IMG/VR virus record: IMGVR_UViG_2627853794_000002
Location: 1-40,524 of that record
Source: a virus
Taxonomy: Duplodnaviria; Heunggongvirae; Uroviricota; Caudoviricetes
Length of the DNA stretch: 40,524 bases
Reading direction: 5' to 3' (one strand)
A program made the translations under genes and the position numbers. Each line of letters begins with the position of its first letter. Positions within the stretch are counted from its first letter, which is position 1. Positions 19,511 to 28,977 of this stretch are shown piece by piece. The notes under the pieces are model-generated. The model saw only the letters and a program-made list of their open reading frames with translations, was not told the DNA's origin and searched no databases.

Positions 19511-21268
19511 TTAAAGCGAACGGATGCCCACGCTGACCAGATGTTCAGACAGATCCAGCTCCGGTTCACCACCATTGACCAGCATCCGGCTCATTGCTGT
19601 AAACATCGCAACAGGGCCGTCGATTTTGGCTTCCAGCGTGGATTTATTCGGGAAGATATTGTCGTTTTTGTCCGGTTTTACCGTAACGTTAGACATCATC
19701 CAGTTCATGACCGGATGATTGCTGTGATGGAAACGCCCGGCATAGACCAGTGATTCCGTTTCCTTCATGGCCTCTGACAGATTACGAACCGTCTGCGGAA
19801 CCTCCACCAGCGGTATCCCTTCTTCAGCCAGTGCCAGGCTGAACTGCATCGCGCTCCACGGGTCAAATCCCAGTTCCCTGAGGTTTTCACCACCAATCCA
19901 TTCCAGTAAGTCACTTTTTATCTGAGCATGATCGATAACATCACCATCCGTCAGAATCAGCTTATCCATCTCCGCCCACTTCCGGTAAAGTTCTGCCTGC
20001 TGCCGCGAGCATCGTTCCAGCCGTCCTTCCGGAAGCCAGAATTTAAAATCGGCATGAACATGCCCGTTATCCGTTCGCCAGAGTTTTGCCGCCGCACAGA
20101 TATCAATCTTATGAGCAAGGTCAACGCCGACCCACATGGGATACGTTTTCAGCTCATGTCGTGGGGCAATGTATTCGCACTTCTCCCACTTAATCATGTC
20201 CATCCAGGCAGACTCTGCTGTTACCCACACATTCATGTGTTTGGTAAAAAAATTCACCCGCGCAGAGACCTGTTCTTTCGCTTTTTTCGCCAGGCGACGC
20301 AGATCATCCCAGCGTTTACAGATGCCCAGGCCGGGATTCGCTTTCTGCCAGACCGTTTCATCAAACGGATCATCTCCCTCATCGAGGGTGTAAATAATCG
20401 CAAAGTAGGAGTCGTCTTTTACAGCGCCCTCCACATCGCTGTTATAGCCACGCAATACCTTGATGGCGTAATCACGCTGCTCGTAACAAATCCCTTCCTT
20501 GTTAAACCCTGCCGTGGTGATACCAAATAACAGGGACTGCAGGCGAGCACCGGTTGCCGTTTCCAGAACGTCCCACACGTCGCGGGTTTTATGTGCATGC
20601 AGCTCATCAATAATGGCGCAGTGGATGTTCAGACCATCCAGGTTGTTTGCATCCGAGGAAAGCGGTTCAAATTTTGATGCGCTCTGCTCCTGGTAAATCG
20701 CCAGCTTGTTGAAATCAAACAACCGCCCGAGTGTCGACCGGGCTTTTCTGACCATATTTTTGGCGTCTTCAAACACAATTCTGGCCTGGTCACGCGTGGT
20801 GGCGGCTGAATACACCTCAGCACCGCCTTCACCATCTGCCCCCGTCATATACAGGCCGATACCCGATGACAGAGTTGATTTTGCGTTTTTACGGGCGACT
20901 TCGTTGTACGCCGTCCGGAACCGGCGCACCATCACCGGACGTCCGCTGCCATCGCTGCGCATGACAACTTCCCCGGTCTCTTCATTCACCAGCGGAATGA
21001 CAAAACCAAAAATATTAATGAGGATAAATACATGCCAGTCCATCAGTTCAATGGGCTGGCCTGCCAGCGCCCCTTTTACATGAGGCACAAATTTGTAGAA
21101 ATTCAGGATGTGCTGCGCACGGGGTTCACTGAAATAAATCCCCCGCTCTTCGCCGTACTTCAGATCATCAAGAAAACGCTGGCAGGCCAGGCGGACAAAT
21201 TCGCCAGCAACAATTTCTCCTGCAACAACACGTTCGGCGTAGCGGATCCCGTCAGCCACTTTTGCCAT
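19511..21268 (-). CDS. Terminase large subunit
   Basis: 585 aa; ATPase plus nuclease architecture; ATGA overlap with small subunit stop. Confidence 0.9.
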   Translation of the reverse strand: MAKVADGIRYAERVVAGEIVAGEFVRLACQRFLDDLKYGEERGIYFSEPRAQHILNFYKFVPHVKGALAGQPIELMDWHVFILINIFGFVIPLVNEETGEVVMRSDGSGRPVMVRRFRTAYNEVARKNAKSTLSSGIGLYMTGADGEGGAEVYSAATTRDQARIVFEDAKNMVRKARSTLGRLFDFNKLAIYQEQSASKFEPLSSDANNLDGLNIHCAIIDELHAHKTRDVWDVLETATGARLQSLLFGITTAGFNKEGICYEQRDYAIKVLRGYNSDVEGAVKDDSYFAIIYTLDEGDDPFDETVWQKANPGLGICKRWDDLRRLAKKAKEQVSARVNFFTKHMNVWVTAESAWMDMIKWEKCEYIAPRHELKTYPMWVGVDLAHKIDICAAAKLWRTDNGHVHADFKFWLPEGRLERCSRQQAELYRKWAEMDKLILTDGDVIDHAQIKSDLLEWIGGENLRELGFDPWSAMQFSLALAEEGIPLVEVPQTVRNLSEAMKETESLVYAGRFHHSNHPVMNWMMSNVTVKPDKNDNIFPNKSTLEAKIDGPVAMFTAMSRMLVNGGEPELDLSEHLVSVGIRSL

Positions 21269-21750
21269 CAGTCTCTCGCTTTTAAAAGCTCCGCCAGCGG
21301 ATCAACATCATCCGGTCCGGCGATATTTACTTTAGCCCGGCTTGCCGGTGACATACCAAACTCTGCAAGCATTGCCCGGATCCGCTTCCAGGCATCCGCT
21401 TTCATTGCCGCCGCGGGGTGCGCCTTAATCAGTACATCACCGCTCTGCGTTTCCGTGCGGTAGGTATACCCCTCAACATCGAGTGTTTCGCAGTGATGCC
21501 GATATTCGGTGTAGGCTTCCACCAGCAACTCGAGCGCACGCGCATCAAGCTGAGAAATGATCCCTTCCGCATTCAGCTCTTCCGCCATTCGCCTGAACCA
21601 GTACTTCCCCTGAGCCCCTAAATGCTGCGGAATTTTAGGAAGACCTTTTTCATCCTTTTTAGCGGTTTTTTTGTGGTCTTTAACGGGGCGCTTTGAGGGG
21701 TTGCCTCGAATCAAATGCAGGCGTGGCGGGGTTTTCGGAGGTCCTGACAT
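21268..21750 (-). CDS. Terminase small subunit (P27 family-like)
   Basis: 160 aa basic N-terminus; directly upstream of large subunit. Confidence 0.7.
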   Translation of the reverse strand: MSGPPKTPPRLHLIRGNPSKRPVKDHKKTAKKDEKGLPKIPQHLGAQGKYWFRRMAEELNAEGIISQLDARALELLVEAYTEYRHHCETLDVEGYTYRTETQSGDVLIKAHPAAAMKADAWKRIRAMLAEFGMSPASRAKVNIAGPDDVDPLAELLKARD

Positions 21751-21897
21751 AATCGGTCTTACCTATCAATCGTTTGTTCACATTTCCAAAAAAAAGTTTT
21801 CGAACCTGCGGCGATGTGAGGAAGGGTCAGGCGGCGGTACTGAGCAGCCAGGGTTGCAGAGATTTGACCCGCCCTCCCCTACAGATGGGAACTGTTA

Positions 21898-22248
21898 TCA
21901 ATTGATGCGTTCGCGCGCTGTTTTTGCTTTATGACAGGGCCAGCACAGACTCTGCAGGTTACTGTCTGCATCCGTGCCACCATGAGCTTTCGGAATGATG
22001 TGGTCCACAGTTCTGGCTTCAACGGCTCTCCCATTGCGCAGGCAGTTCTGACACAGATGATTATCACGCTTCAGTATGCGCGCACGTATGGCATCCCATT
22101 TCGAGCCATAGCCACGCTGGTGGCGGCTCAGTCCGCGTTGATGCTGTACCCATCCTTCGCCACGATGTTTATCGCAGTAACCAGAACTGTCTGTGGTTGT
22201 ACCTGCACATCCACGCTTACGGCAGGCGCGTGGGATTCGTGATGGCAT
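21898..22248 (-). CDS. HNH endonuclease (terminase-associated)
   Basis: 116 aa; Cys-rich HNH motif ...VDHIIPKAHGGTDADSNLQSLCWPCH...; immediately upstream of terminase genes. Confidence 0.85.
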   Translation of the reverse strand: MPSRIPRACRKRGCAGTTTDSSGYCDKHRGEGWVQHQRGLSRHQRGYGSKWDAIRARILKRDNHLCQNCLRNGRAVEARTVDHIIPKAHGGTDADSNLQSLCWPCHKAKTARERIN

Positions 22249-22290
22249 AAATACCTCATACCCTGCGAAATGTTTACCACGATAAAAAGG

Positions 22291-22755
22291 CTACTTAATG
22301 CACTGAGTGCGGATATACTCCTGTGCCCCTTCCAGTTGCATCTGCATCGTCATCAGCCGCTCTCTGAGGGTGAAATAATCCCGTTCAGCGGTGTCTGCCA
22401 GTCGGGGGCTGGTTGCATTATCCACGCCGGAGGCGGTGGTGGCTTCACGCACTGACTGACAGACTGCTTTGATGTGCAACCGACGACGACCAGCGGCAAC
22501 ATCAGCGCGCAGAGTTTCATTTTCAGCTTTCGCATTGGCTAATTCTCTCGAGTACTTTGCATCGAGCGCAGCAACATCACGCTGACGCTGCTGCATGTCA
22601 GCGATGGTGGCGATCGCCTGCTTCAGCTCACTGACTTTTTTATCACGCTGTTCTTTGTAGGCGATGGCGTTATCACGGTAATGATTGACCGCCCACGACA
22701 GGCAGACGATGATGCAAATAACCAGAGCATAAATAATCGCGGCGACTCTGCTCAC
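22291..22755 (-). CDS. rz: Rz inner-membrane spanin (i-spanin)
   Basis: N-terminal TM then coiled coil; near-identical to lambda Rz as recalled; GTG start overlapping endolysin stop. Confidence 0.85.
   Translation of the reverse strand: MSRVAAIIYALVICIIVCLSWAVNHYRDNAIAYKEQRDKKVSELKQAIATIADMQQRQRDVAALDAKYSRELANAKAENETLRADVAAGRRRLHIKAVCQSVREATTASGVDNATSPRLADTAERDYFTLRERLMTMQMQLEGAQEYIRTQCIK
22353..22535 (-). CDS. rz1: Rz1 outer-membrane lipoprotein spanin, embedded in Rz in +1 frame
   Basis: 60 aa; lipobox ...VVVGC; proline-rich PPPPP; matches lambda Rz1 as recalled. Confidence 0.85.
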   Translation of the reverse strand: MRKLKMKLCALMLPLVVVGCTSKQSVSQCVKPPPPPAWIMQPAPDWQTPLNGIISPSESG

Positions 22756-23285
22756 TGATCTATCCCCCAACAGGCTAATGCGCTTTCCTGGTCACGACGA
22801 ATAACCTGTCCATAGCAGTTATTTGAACGTATGCGGCAATCGCGCCCACCATCTTTTATCCACCAGCGAATCGCCTCGCATGCGCCCTTACGATCACCGG
22901 CATTCAGCCGCTTATAAAACGTCGACGGGAAACACTTACCGGGGCCAATGTTATAGGGACAGAATGATGCGATACCGGCTTTCTGTGGCTCGGTCAGTGG
23001 AACTTTTATATTGCGCTCCACCCATGCCAGCGCCTTATCACGCTCAATGGCATTAACCTGAGCGCATTTTTCCTTCGACAGTTTCATTCCTGGTACGACT
23101 GGCTTACCGTCCACCATCGTTGCACCGCGGCAGATGGTCCATATGCCGGAACCATCGCGGTATGCCGTAGTGTGGTTACCCTCTTTTTCATCCAGAAACT
23201 GGTCAAGTATTTGAGGAGCAGACGCGCCTGCAGCAATCAGCGCCAGAACAGCAGCTGACAGGCCGTATTTGATTTTTGCGCTCAT
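22752..23285 (-). CDS. SAR endolysin (T4-lysozyme-type glycoside hydrolase with N-terminal signal-anchor-release domain)
   Basis: 177 aa; hydrophobic Gly/Ala-rich N-terminus followed by lysozyme core; phage-21-type partner of pinholin. Confidence 0.85.
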   Translation of the reverse strand: MSAKIKYGLSAAVLALIAAGASAPQILDQFLDEKEGNHTTAYRDGSGIWTICRGATMVDGKPVVPGMKLSKEKCAQVNAIERDKALAWVERNIKVPLTEPQKAGIASFCPYNIGPGKCFPSTFYKRLNAGDRKGACEAIRWWIKDGGRDCRIRSNNCYGQVIRRDQESALACWGIDQ

Positions 23286-23340
23286 GGATATTTATCAGGA
23301 TGCTACCAATGAAAGATACTGGAAAGCCAACTGCAAAAAG

Positions 23341-23655
23341 CTAACAACCCGTAATCGAGTTATCAGAACTGTTAATTTTTATGGTATACCGCGCCTCTGA
23401 ACAGGGGCGCGTTTGTGGCAACAGCTCGTCCCCTTCACATAACCCGGCAGCAACATCCAGGAAGACCTGTCTGATGCTCCTTCTGGCTGCTGCCTCATAA
23501 AACTCCAGCGCGGCACCTTCAACACGGTCCAGCGAGATGTCCAGGTCAAAAATTTCACCGTCAAAGCGTTTTTTGTCCCGTAATGCTACAGTTACCGCAA
23601 CTTTATTCTCAAAATTGCGGATCCCTTTCACAATCAGTTCATAGTTTTGAGTCAT
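23341..23655 (-). CDS. Hypothetical acidic protein inside lysis cassette
   Basis: 104 aa; ATG 4 nt after holin stop; no TM segment; not recognised. Confidence 0.5.
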   Translation of the reverse strand: MTQNYELIVKGIRNFENKVAVTVALRDKKRFDGEIFDLDISLDRVEGAALEFYEAAARRSIRQVFLDVAAGLCEGDELLPQTRPCSEARYTIKINSSDNSITGC

Positions 23656-23659
23656 TGAA

Positions 23660-23875
23660 TTACTCTCCCCGTGCAGCCTTACGCTTGTCTTCTCTGATTT
23701 TGAAGTACAGATTTGTCAGATAAGTCAGGAAGCCCAGAACCAGACTCCCCAGTACACCAATCGCAGCCCACTGTGACGGACTGACCTGATCAAGCCACTG
23801 TAAAAACCAGTAGCCAGCACTGCCTGCGGAGGTGCCGTAGGCAATGCCCGTTGAAATTTTGTCCATGGATTTCAT
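23660..23875 (-). CDS. Pinholin (phage 21 S21-like) with dual-start motif MKSM
   Basis: 71 aa; [59 protein letters not shown]... matches S21 as recalled. Confidence 0.85.
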   Translation of the reverse strand: MKSMDKISTGIAYGTSAGSAGYWFLQWLDQVSPSQWAAIGVLGSLVLGFLTYLTNLYFKIREDKRKAARGE

Positions 23876-24035
23876 AGCCTCACCTCCGCAAATAACGGAT
23901 GGCGTAGTTTTACACTGAGAAATGAAAGGGATTTGAAAAGAAAAAACCGCAAAAGCGGGCGAAACGATATATACGGAAAGGAAAGCACTCTATCCAACAA
24001 ACCACCCACAGTTAATCGGAATAAAAGCAGAGTGC

Positions 24036-24108
24036 TTATGAATGATCGCCTGCCCGAAGGTTAGTATTTCTGCACAGCAATTTTGCAAAAAAAGGCGATC
24101 ATTCATAA
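24036..24108. repeat. Perfect 15-bp inverted repeat with 43-bp spacer
   Basis: ttatgaatgatcgcc (24036-24050) and ggcgatcattcataa (24094-24108). Confidence 0.6.
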
Positions 24109-24115
24109 CTTAAAC

Positions 24116-24161
24116 GTCTTTCAGTCACTCCGGGATTTCCCATCATCGCAGACTGAAAGAC
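24116..24161. repeat. 11-bp inverted repeat hairpin just downstream of tRNA array
   Basis: gtctttcagtc (24116-24126) and gactgaaagac (24151-24161), 24-nt spacer, 6 nt from tRNA-Gly 3' end. Confidence 0.5.
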
Positions 24162-24167
24162 TCTAAC

Positions 24168-24242
<75 letters not shown>

Positions 24243-24245
24243 ATA

Positions 24246-24321
<76 letters not shown>

Positions 24322-24323
24322 AC

Positions 24324-24400
24324 TGGACCGCCACCGGGGACTCGAACCTCGCACACTCAACTTAAAGGGTTGACGCTCTTTCCTGATGAGCTAGTGGCGG
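24324..24400 (-). tRNA. Atypical tRNA, anticodon UUU (Lys?) with C33
   Basis: 77 nt; perfect 7-bp acceptor stem CCGCCAC/GTGGCGG, anticodon stem TCAAC/GTTGA, loop CCUUUAA, T-loop TTCGAGT with one A-C mismatch in T stem; CCA encoded. Confidence 0.55.
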
Positions 24401-24401
24401 C

Positions 24402-24477
24402 TGGTGGCCCTTGCTGGATTTGAACCAGCGACCTGGCGATTATGAGTCGCTCGCTCTCACCACTGAGCTAAAGGGCC
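24402..24477 (-). tRNA. tRNA with anticodon CAU, most similar to tRNA-Ile2 (ileX/ileY-like) rather than elongator Met
   Basis: 76 nt; loop CUCAUAA; acceptor GGCCCTT/AAGGGCC; CCA encoded. Confidence 0.75.
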
Positions 24478-24580
24478 GGGCGCAGGATAATAACGTTACG
24501 AAATCAATGTTGCAAGCATTCAAAAATCCCCCTTATCTCCTCCACCAGCGCATTCACCATGTCTATCCGAGATAAGTGGC

Positions 24581-24606
24581 ACAAAAAACCCGCTTGTGGG
24601 CGGGTT
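24581..24606 (-). terminator. Intrinsic terminator (tR'-like) between late promoter and tRNA array
   Basis: Minus strand: stem aacccgc/gcgggtt followed by TTTTTTG. Confidence 0.55.
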
Positions 24607-24659
24607 TTGTTTGCTTTTGCCATCACGTACAAAATCGGCAAAATATCAGATTTGCATGA

Positions 24660-24688
24660 AATATATGCCTTTCAATCTACTTTTGCAA
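24660..24688 (-). promoter_or_regulatory. Candidate late promoter (pR'-like), sigma70 type
   Basis: Minus strand TTGCAA - 17 nt - TATATT overlapping 3' end of Q-like gene; ~50 nt upstream of terminator. Confidence 0.4.
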
Positions 24689-25361
24689 CACTTTGCTTTG
24701 AAAATGCCACCTTTTGTTTTGAACGTGTTCTCATTACAAACAATAAAGCCTCACTATCAAGTCGGTGAAAAATGTGTTTCATTGCAACCCAGTGACGAGT
24801 AAATGTTTTGGACCAGTTTTTAGTTGTCACTCCCGCCAGTAATGCCAGCTCCTGGTATTCATAACCTTCCCCACCAAAAAGTTCTGCTTTTACTGCCTGC
24901 GCCGCCAGCCAGATTAATTTTTTCAGGCGTTCCTGCGTTTTCCCTGCAATTTTTCTGGTACCGGATTGAGTATTAAATTCATTCCACGCCCACTGTGTTA
25001 TCGCGATCTGATATTCCCAACAAATACTCCCGCTGTAACACCACAACAACCAGGCTTTATGATGTTCTTCAAGAGACAGAACTGCCCGTCGCCATGATGA
25101 TGTCGAAAACTCAACCTGACTTACCAGAGCAATTGATGAGCCTTTCGCCAGTGATTGTTTTCCCGGTATCGGTGGACTATCCCGCGTTATCATTCTTCCA
25201 GTCACTTCATCGCGGTACCGGATTTTTTTACGCCTGTAACGCCCTGTATCAAACATGGCATTCTCCTGCCAGGCTTCAAGCTGGCCTTTCGTTGCTCCGC
25301 TCAAATCAGCGGTAGCCACAATGAGTTGCTCGCGGACATACTGTAAATATTGGGTATTCAT
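24672..25361 (-). CDS. Putative late-gene antiterminator (Q-like by position); family not recognised
   Basis: 229 aa; located between rusA and late promoter/terminator/lysis genes as Q is in lambdoid phages; no recognisable zinc finger. Confidence 0.4.
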   Translation of the reverse strand: MNTQYLQYVREQLIVATADLSGATKGQLEAWQENAMFDTGRYRRKKIRYRDEVTGRMITRDSPPIPGKQSLAKGSSIALVSQVEFSTSSWRRAVLSLEEHHKAWLLWCYSGSICWEYQIAITQWAWNEFNTQSGTRKIAGKTQERLKKLIWLAAQAVKAELFGGEGYEYQELALLAGVTTKNWSKTFTRHWVAMKHIFHRLDSEALLFVMRTRSKQKVAFSKQSVAKVD

Positions 25362-25494
25362 GCGGCAGCTCCTTTCAGTGTTTTGGCGTAATTCTTCAGT
25401 ATCCGGTAATCGGTCAAAACAGAACCGGGGAAACGATATAAGCGCAGGCGCATCCAGCGGTGGCGAAGACGTTCTGTCACATAAAACTCAAACA

Positions 25495-25857
25495 TCATTC
25501 ATTCCCCAGTTCGGTGATGGTCAGCTCCAGCTTCCCACCTTTGGTAACGGGCATCTTCACAACACGGTAATCAACGACCTGAACATCATCCAGCCAGAAA
25601 CCTGCTTTGGTAAGTGCGTCAAAAGCAGCTTTTTGCAGATTATCCAGGTCACGGCGACGGCGATCCGGCATGTGACACTCAATGCGGATTTTCACAGGAA
25701 TAGCCAGGCCGATATCCAGCATTGCGTTTTTAATGATTCGGGCGACGTTATCGCGGTATGCCTGCCCCTCTGCGCTGATGTGCGTGCGCCCGCGATTATG
25801 GCGGTAATAGCGATTATTGCTCGGAGGCCAGGGTAATGTGATGCTGTAGGTATTCAC
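25495..25857 (-). CDS. rusA: Holliday junction resolvase RusA
   Basis: 120 aa [18 protein letters not shown]...; near-identical to E. coli RusA as recalled; GTG start. Confidence 0.9.
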   Translation of the reverse strand: MNTYSITLPWPPSNNRYYRHNRGRTHISAEGQAYRDNVARIIKNAMLDIGLAIPVKIRIECHMPDRRRRDLDNLQKAAFDALTKAGFWLDDVQVVDYRVVKMPVTKGGKLELTITELGNE

Positions 25858-26144
25858 GCCTTAATAACCCCCTCTTTCAGCCAGATAACCTGTGTTCTCG
25901 CCATACCTTCCAGCGCGCATTCTTTTGCATACTCAGCATCGACAAAATGTGTGCGGCGGTCGATTTCGTCGTGACAGGCAGAACATGCAATGGTGGCAAT
26001 CAGGTCTGGCGGTTTGGTACCGGTACCGCACAATCCAGCCAGCCGGATATGTGCCAGTACAGACGTTTCAGAATTGCCATTACATACGCCAGGGATTCTT
26101 ACCTGGCATTCCCGACCACGCGCTGCTTTTCTCAAATCAGCCAT
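25854..26144 (-). CDS. ybcO: YbcO-like protein (DUF1364, Cys-rich putative nuclease)
   Basis: 96 aa from internal ATG ([21 protein letters not shown]...); matches DLP12 YbcO as recalled. Confidence 0.7.
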   Translation of the reverse strand: MADLRKAARGRECQVRIPGVCNGNSETSVLAHIRLAGLCGTGTKPPDLIATIACSACHDEIDRRTHFVDAEYAKECALEGMARTQVIWLKEGVIKA

Positions 26145-26307
26145 GATTCCTCCTTGCTGCCAGTCGCAACCATTTTTTATCAACCAGGCTGGCGGTATAT
26201 CCGAGCAGAGTTGGTATTTCGGATGGCTTCAGCTCAGGTTTACGCTTACGACGATTTGGTACTTTGTAGATGTGTCCGTTCATGACACGAATAAGCGGTG
26301 TAGCCAT
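26137..26307 (-). CDS. ninE: NinE-like protein
   Basis: 56-aa [30 protein letters not shown]... not in ORF track; overlaps ninB stop (TAATG) and ybcO start. Confidence 0.6.
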   Translation of the reverse strand: MATPLIRVMNGHIYKVPNRRKRKPELKPSEIPTLLGYTASLVDKKWLRLAARRNHG

Positions 26308-26762
26308 TACGCCTCCTGCTTGTCGCGCAGCAGCTGGAACTCGCAGCTCTGCGGAATAGTCAGGTGGCAGCCAATATTCATCGCCCAGGCTTCAACCTTA
26401 CACAGGAAGACATACATCTCTCCGGTATCAAGATCGGAGGTATGGCGTAACGACTGGATAGTAGTGATTTCGCCGGTTACGACATCAACCAGGTCCTTGG
26501 TTTCATAACCGAGGTATGTGTGTTTGAGAGCATCTTTTACCCATGCTGCGGTAGCGAACGATTTCCCCCTGCTGATGAGGTATTCACTGATTTCGCTGTA
26601 CCACATGTGGCTGAGTGCATTCTGGGAAAGACTGCGTCTCTCTCGCCACGGTTTAAGCACCATGCGAAAGCATTTGCCTTCCTCCAGATAAGGCTGGATC
26701 TGCTGGCCGATAGCGGTGAAGTTACCACGATGCAATTTGATGCCATCTTGTAGGAGGTTCAC
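26307..26762 (-). CDS. ninB: NinB recombination protein (YbcN-like)
   Basis: 151 aa; nin-region synteny ninB-ninE-ybcO-rusA. Confidence 0.7.
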   Translation of the reverse strand: MNLLQDGIKLHRGNFTAIGQQIQPYLEEGKCFRMVLKPWRERRSLSQNALSHMWYSEISEYLISRGKSFATAAWVKDALKHTYLGYETKDLVDVVTGEITTIQSLRHTSDLDTGEMYVFLCKVEAWAMNIGCHLTIPQSCEFQLLRDKQEA

Positions 26763-26953
26763 GATTCACCTCCGCAGAGGTCAAACGCTGGATGCAAAAA
26801 ATCGCAGGTACATTTCTGCATCTGTGAAGGGAGAAGAGAGTTTGGATTGTATGTGCGCATAAACGTCCCCGTTTAGCGCAGAAGTCACCGGAGTTGTTCA
26901 GGCTCCGGTGACTTAATTATGACAAGTTGATTATGGAAAATCAAAGCTTGTCA

Positions 26954-27499
26954 TCAGAACAACGAATAATTTAAAAACTCTATAATTTCTAAGATTTTTT
27001 CACTTATCGCTGGAATGAAACGTAAAGCAAAATAGAGCCCCAAAAAACCCAATATTGAGTACGAAACCGTGATAGCGACTCTGTATTTTTTCTCGCCTCG
27101 TTTCACTCTCTCCCACTCAGTTTTAAGAACACTGGAACTATATTCAAAATACTGTCTGACCACATCTGTAATGTTAGATGAGCGATCCATTTTTAAAATG
27201 TAATCCTCAATGATTTTCAAAAGCTGAGACTCTTCATTAGTTAAGTTTTTACTGGATAACCTAAGCTTCACTTTTGCGGAAAGAAAATAAATTTTTCCAG
27301 CTACCTCAGGGAGCTTCTCAGGCGGAGTCGTGCGTAATTGTAAAAAGTTCTCCATCAATTCAGCTAACTCTTCCCTTAAACCATCTATCCACGCTTGCCG
27401 AAACTCAGATGTTTTATTCTCCTTAGTGATAACAAGCCCCACTCCAGCTGCAGCTGCGGCAATAATTGCGGCGACAACTGAGGCTATCCCTGCATCCAT
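26954..27499 (-). CDS. Hypothetical membrane protein (N- and C-terminal predicted TM helices)
   Basis: 181 aa; MDAGIASVVAAIIAAAAAGVGLVI... and ...VSYSILGFLGLYFALRFI; AT-rich. Confidence 0.5.
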   Translation of the reverse strand: MDAGIASVVAAIIAAAAAGVGLVITKENKTSEFRQAWIDGLREELAELMENFLQLRTTPPEKLPEVAGKIYFLSAKVKLRLSSKNLTNEESQLLKIIEDYILKMDRSSNITDVVRQYFEYSSSVLKTEWERVKRGEKKYRVAITVSYSILGFLGLYFALRFIPAISEKILEIIEFLNYSLF

Positions 27500-27638
27500 G
27501 AATTACCCCTCAAAACAATATGAATATGAATATGATTCGATGCCTTCAGCAATTGAAAACTAAAACTCCCTGTAATGTCACATCTACCCATGAATGTGTT
27601 TTCTTCATACAGCTTTGCTGCAATATCTAAATCAGACA

Positions 27639-27965
27639 TTAGTCAGCGGTTCTCCCGCGCCAGCGTTTGTTACTTTCTGATATTCTTTCTGTATCAACGG
27701 ACTCAACCTCACCTTCTGAAAACCTAACTGCATTAGCTTTAGCCATTGCCTTCCTAGCATCTTCTTCCGCCTGGCTAAAATGCACCTTCTTTCTTCCCTT
27801 GAAACTACCAACGCGAATTTTGGAAGAGGCCTGCGTCTTGTACTTGCTAATCCGTAATTGTGCCGCCAAATGGGCTTTTGCCTCGGTGCGGTTCGCTGGC
27901 TTCTTCTTTACTAATTCAAGGTCTAAATGGTACTGCTGCTCAGCTCTTAGTTTCTTCGGTTTCAT
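27639..27965 (-). CDS. Hypothetical basic protein
   Basis: 108 aa from ATG 27965 (MKPKKLRAEQQYHLDLELVKKK...); AT-rich; upstream of membrane protein gene. Confidence 0.45.
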   Translation of the reverse strand: MKPKKLRAEQQYHLDLELVKKKPANRTEAKAHLAAQLRISKYKTQASSKIRVGSFKGRKKVHFSQAEEDARKAMAKANAVRFSEGEVESVDTERISESNKRWRGRTAD

Positions 27966-28290
27966 AATATCACTCTCAAACAAAGTCCATTTATCATAGA
28001 ATAAAAGCCCTCTAAGAGCTTTGATTTGTATCTATGCTAATTCCCGTCAATTTGTTCTTCATTTTACCTCCAGCTGTTGTGCTGCTGCAGTGGCATTCAA
28101 TAGTTTTCCTTCTAAGCATCCTACAAAATCGGTGACGAGTCATGACCAGTTCACGTAGTGCAATGAAATTACTGCAATCTATTATGACGCAAATGCGTCA
28201 ATACTCGAATCAACTGATCATCCTGCCACGACTGAAATCTCAAATAGGCCGTTTCTCAAGTAAGAGATTTTGAATGCATTATTGGCTACT

Positions 28291-28319
28291 GAAATAAAAA
28301 ACCCAGCGCCAACTGGGTT
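28291..28319 (-). terminator. Intrinsic terminator after exported-protein moron
   Basis: Minus strand stem aacccag/ctgggtt followed by TTTTTATTT, 18 nt after stop codon. Confidence 0.55.
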
Positions 28320-28336
28320 CATATGAAATTTTTTTG

Positions 28337-28831
28337 TCATTTCCAATTGCAAGACTGTGAAATTTTTTCCACAACCTTATCAATCTCAGACAAGTCAAAC
28401 TCAACTACTTGCATAGTTGATCCATAAGGTTCAAACCCAAAAATAGCTTTTTTATGCTTAGCCAAGGTCTTTATAAATTGTATTGGTTGTGGAGCAAATG
28501 CAGAATCACCGCCTTCCCCACCTCCCCAAACACTCTTGACCGGCTTTCCGCCATCTAACCGCACTGTAATTCTTGGGTTGTCCGACCCCATATAATCATT
28601 GAATGATAAATAGGCATCTGTTTTGTTATCACTACAACGCAACACCAGTGAAGTTGCACGATCAGTACCTGCTTTGTTATATGAATCTGGTGATAAATTA
28701 AGAGCCACAAAGTCAGTCTGGTCAGTCATTTTATTTATCTCAGACTTTGTTATCCACGGCCCTAACTTCTCTACACCAGCATTTGCTGTAAACGAGGCAC
28801 TTATGACAAAGGCTAAAATAAATTTTCTCAT
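28337..28831 (-). CDS. Exported (signal-peptide) hypothetical protein
   Basis: 164 aa; N-terminal MRKFILAFVISASFTANA signal peptide; AT-rich; own terminator. Confidence 0.55.
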   Translation of the reverse strand: MRKFILAFVISASFTANAGVEKLGPWITKSEINKMTDQTDFVALNLSPDSYNKAGTDRATSLVLRCSDNKTDAYLSFNDYMGSDNPRITVRLDGGKPVKSVWGGGEGGDSAFAPQPIQFIKTLAKHKKAIFGFEPYGSTMQVVEFDLSEIDKVVEKISQSCNWK

Positions 28832-28977
28832 AACCCTATCTCCTTGGATTTAAAGAACTAAATATTATCAAGTCTCTTGCCACTAGAAAACCCACTTTAT
28901 TTCCAAACTCTGACGGCATTCCTGAAAATCCGCTTCATACTCACTTGCCCCGCCCTATCATCCTGAGTAGCTAACCG

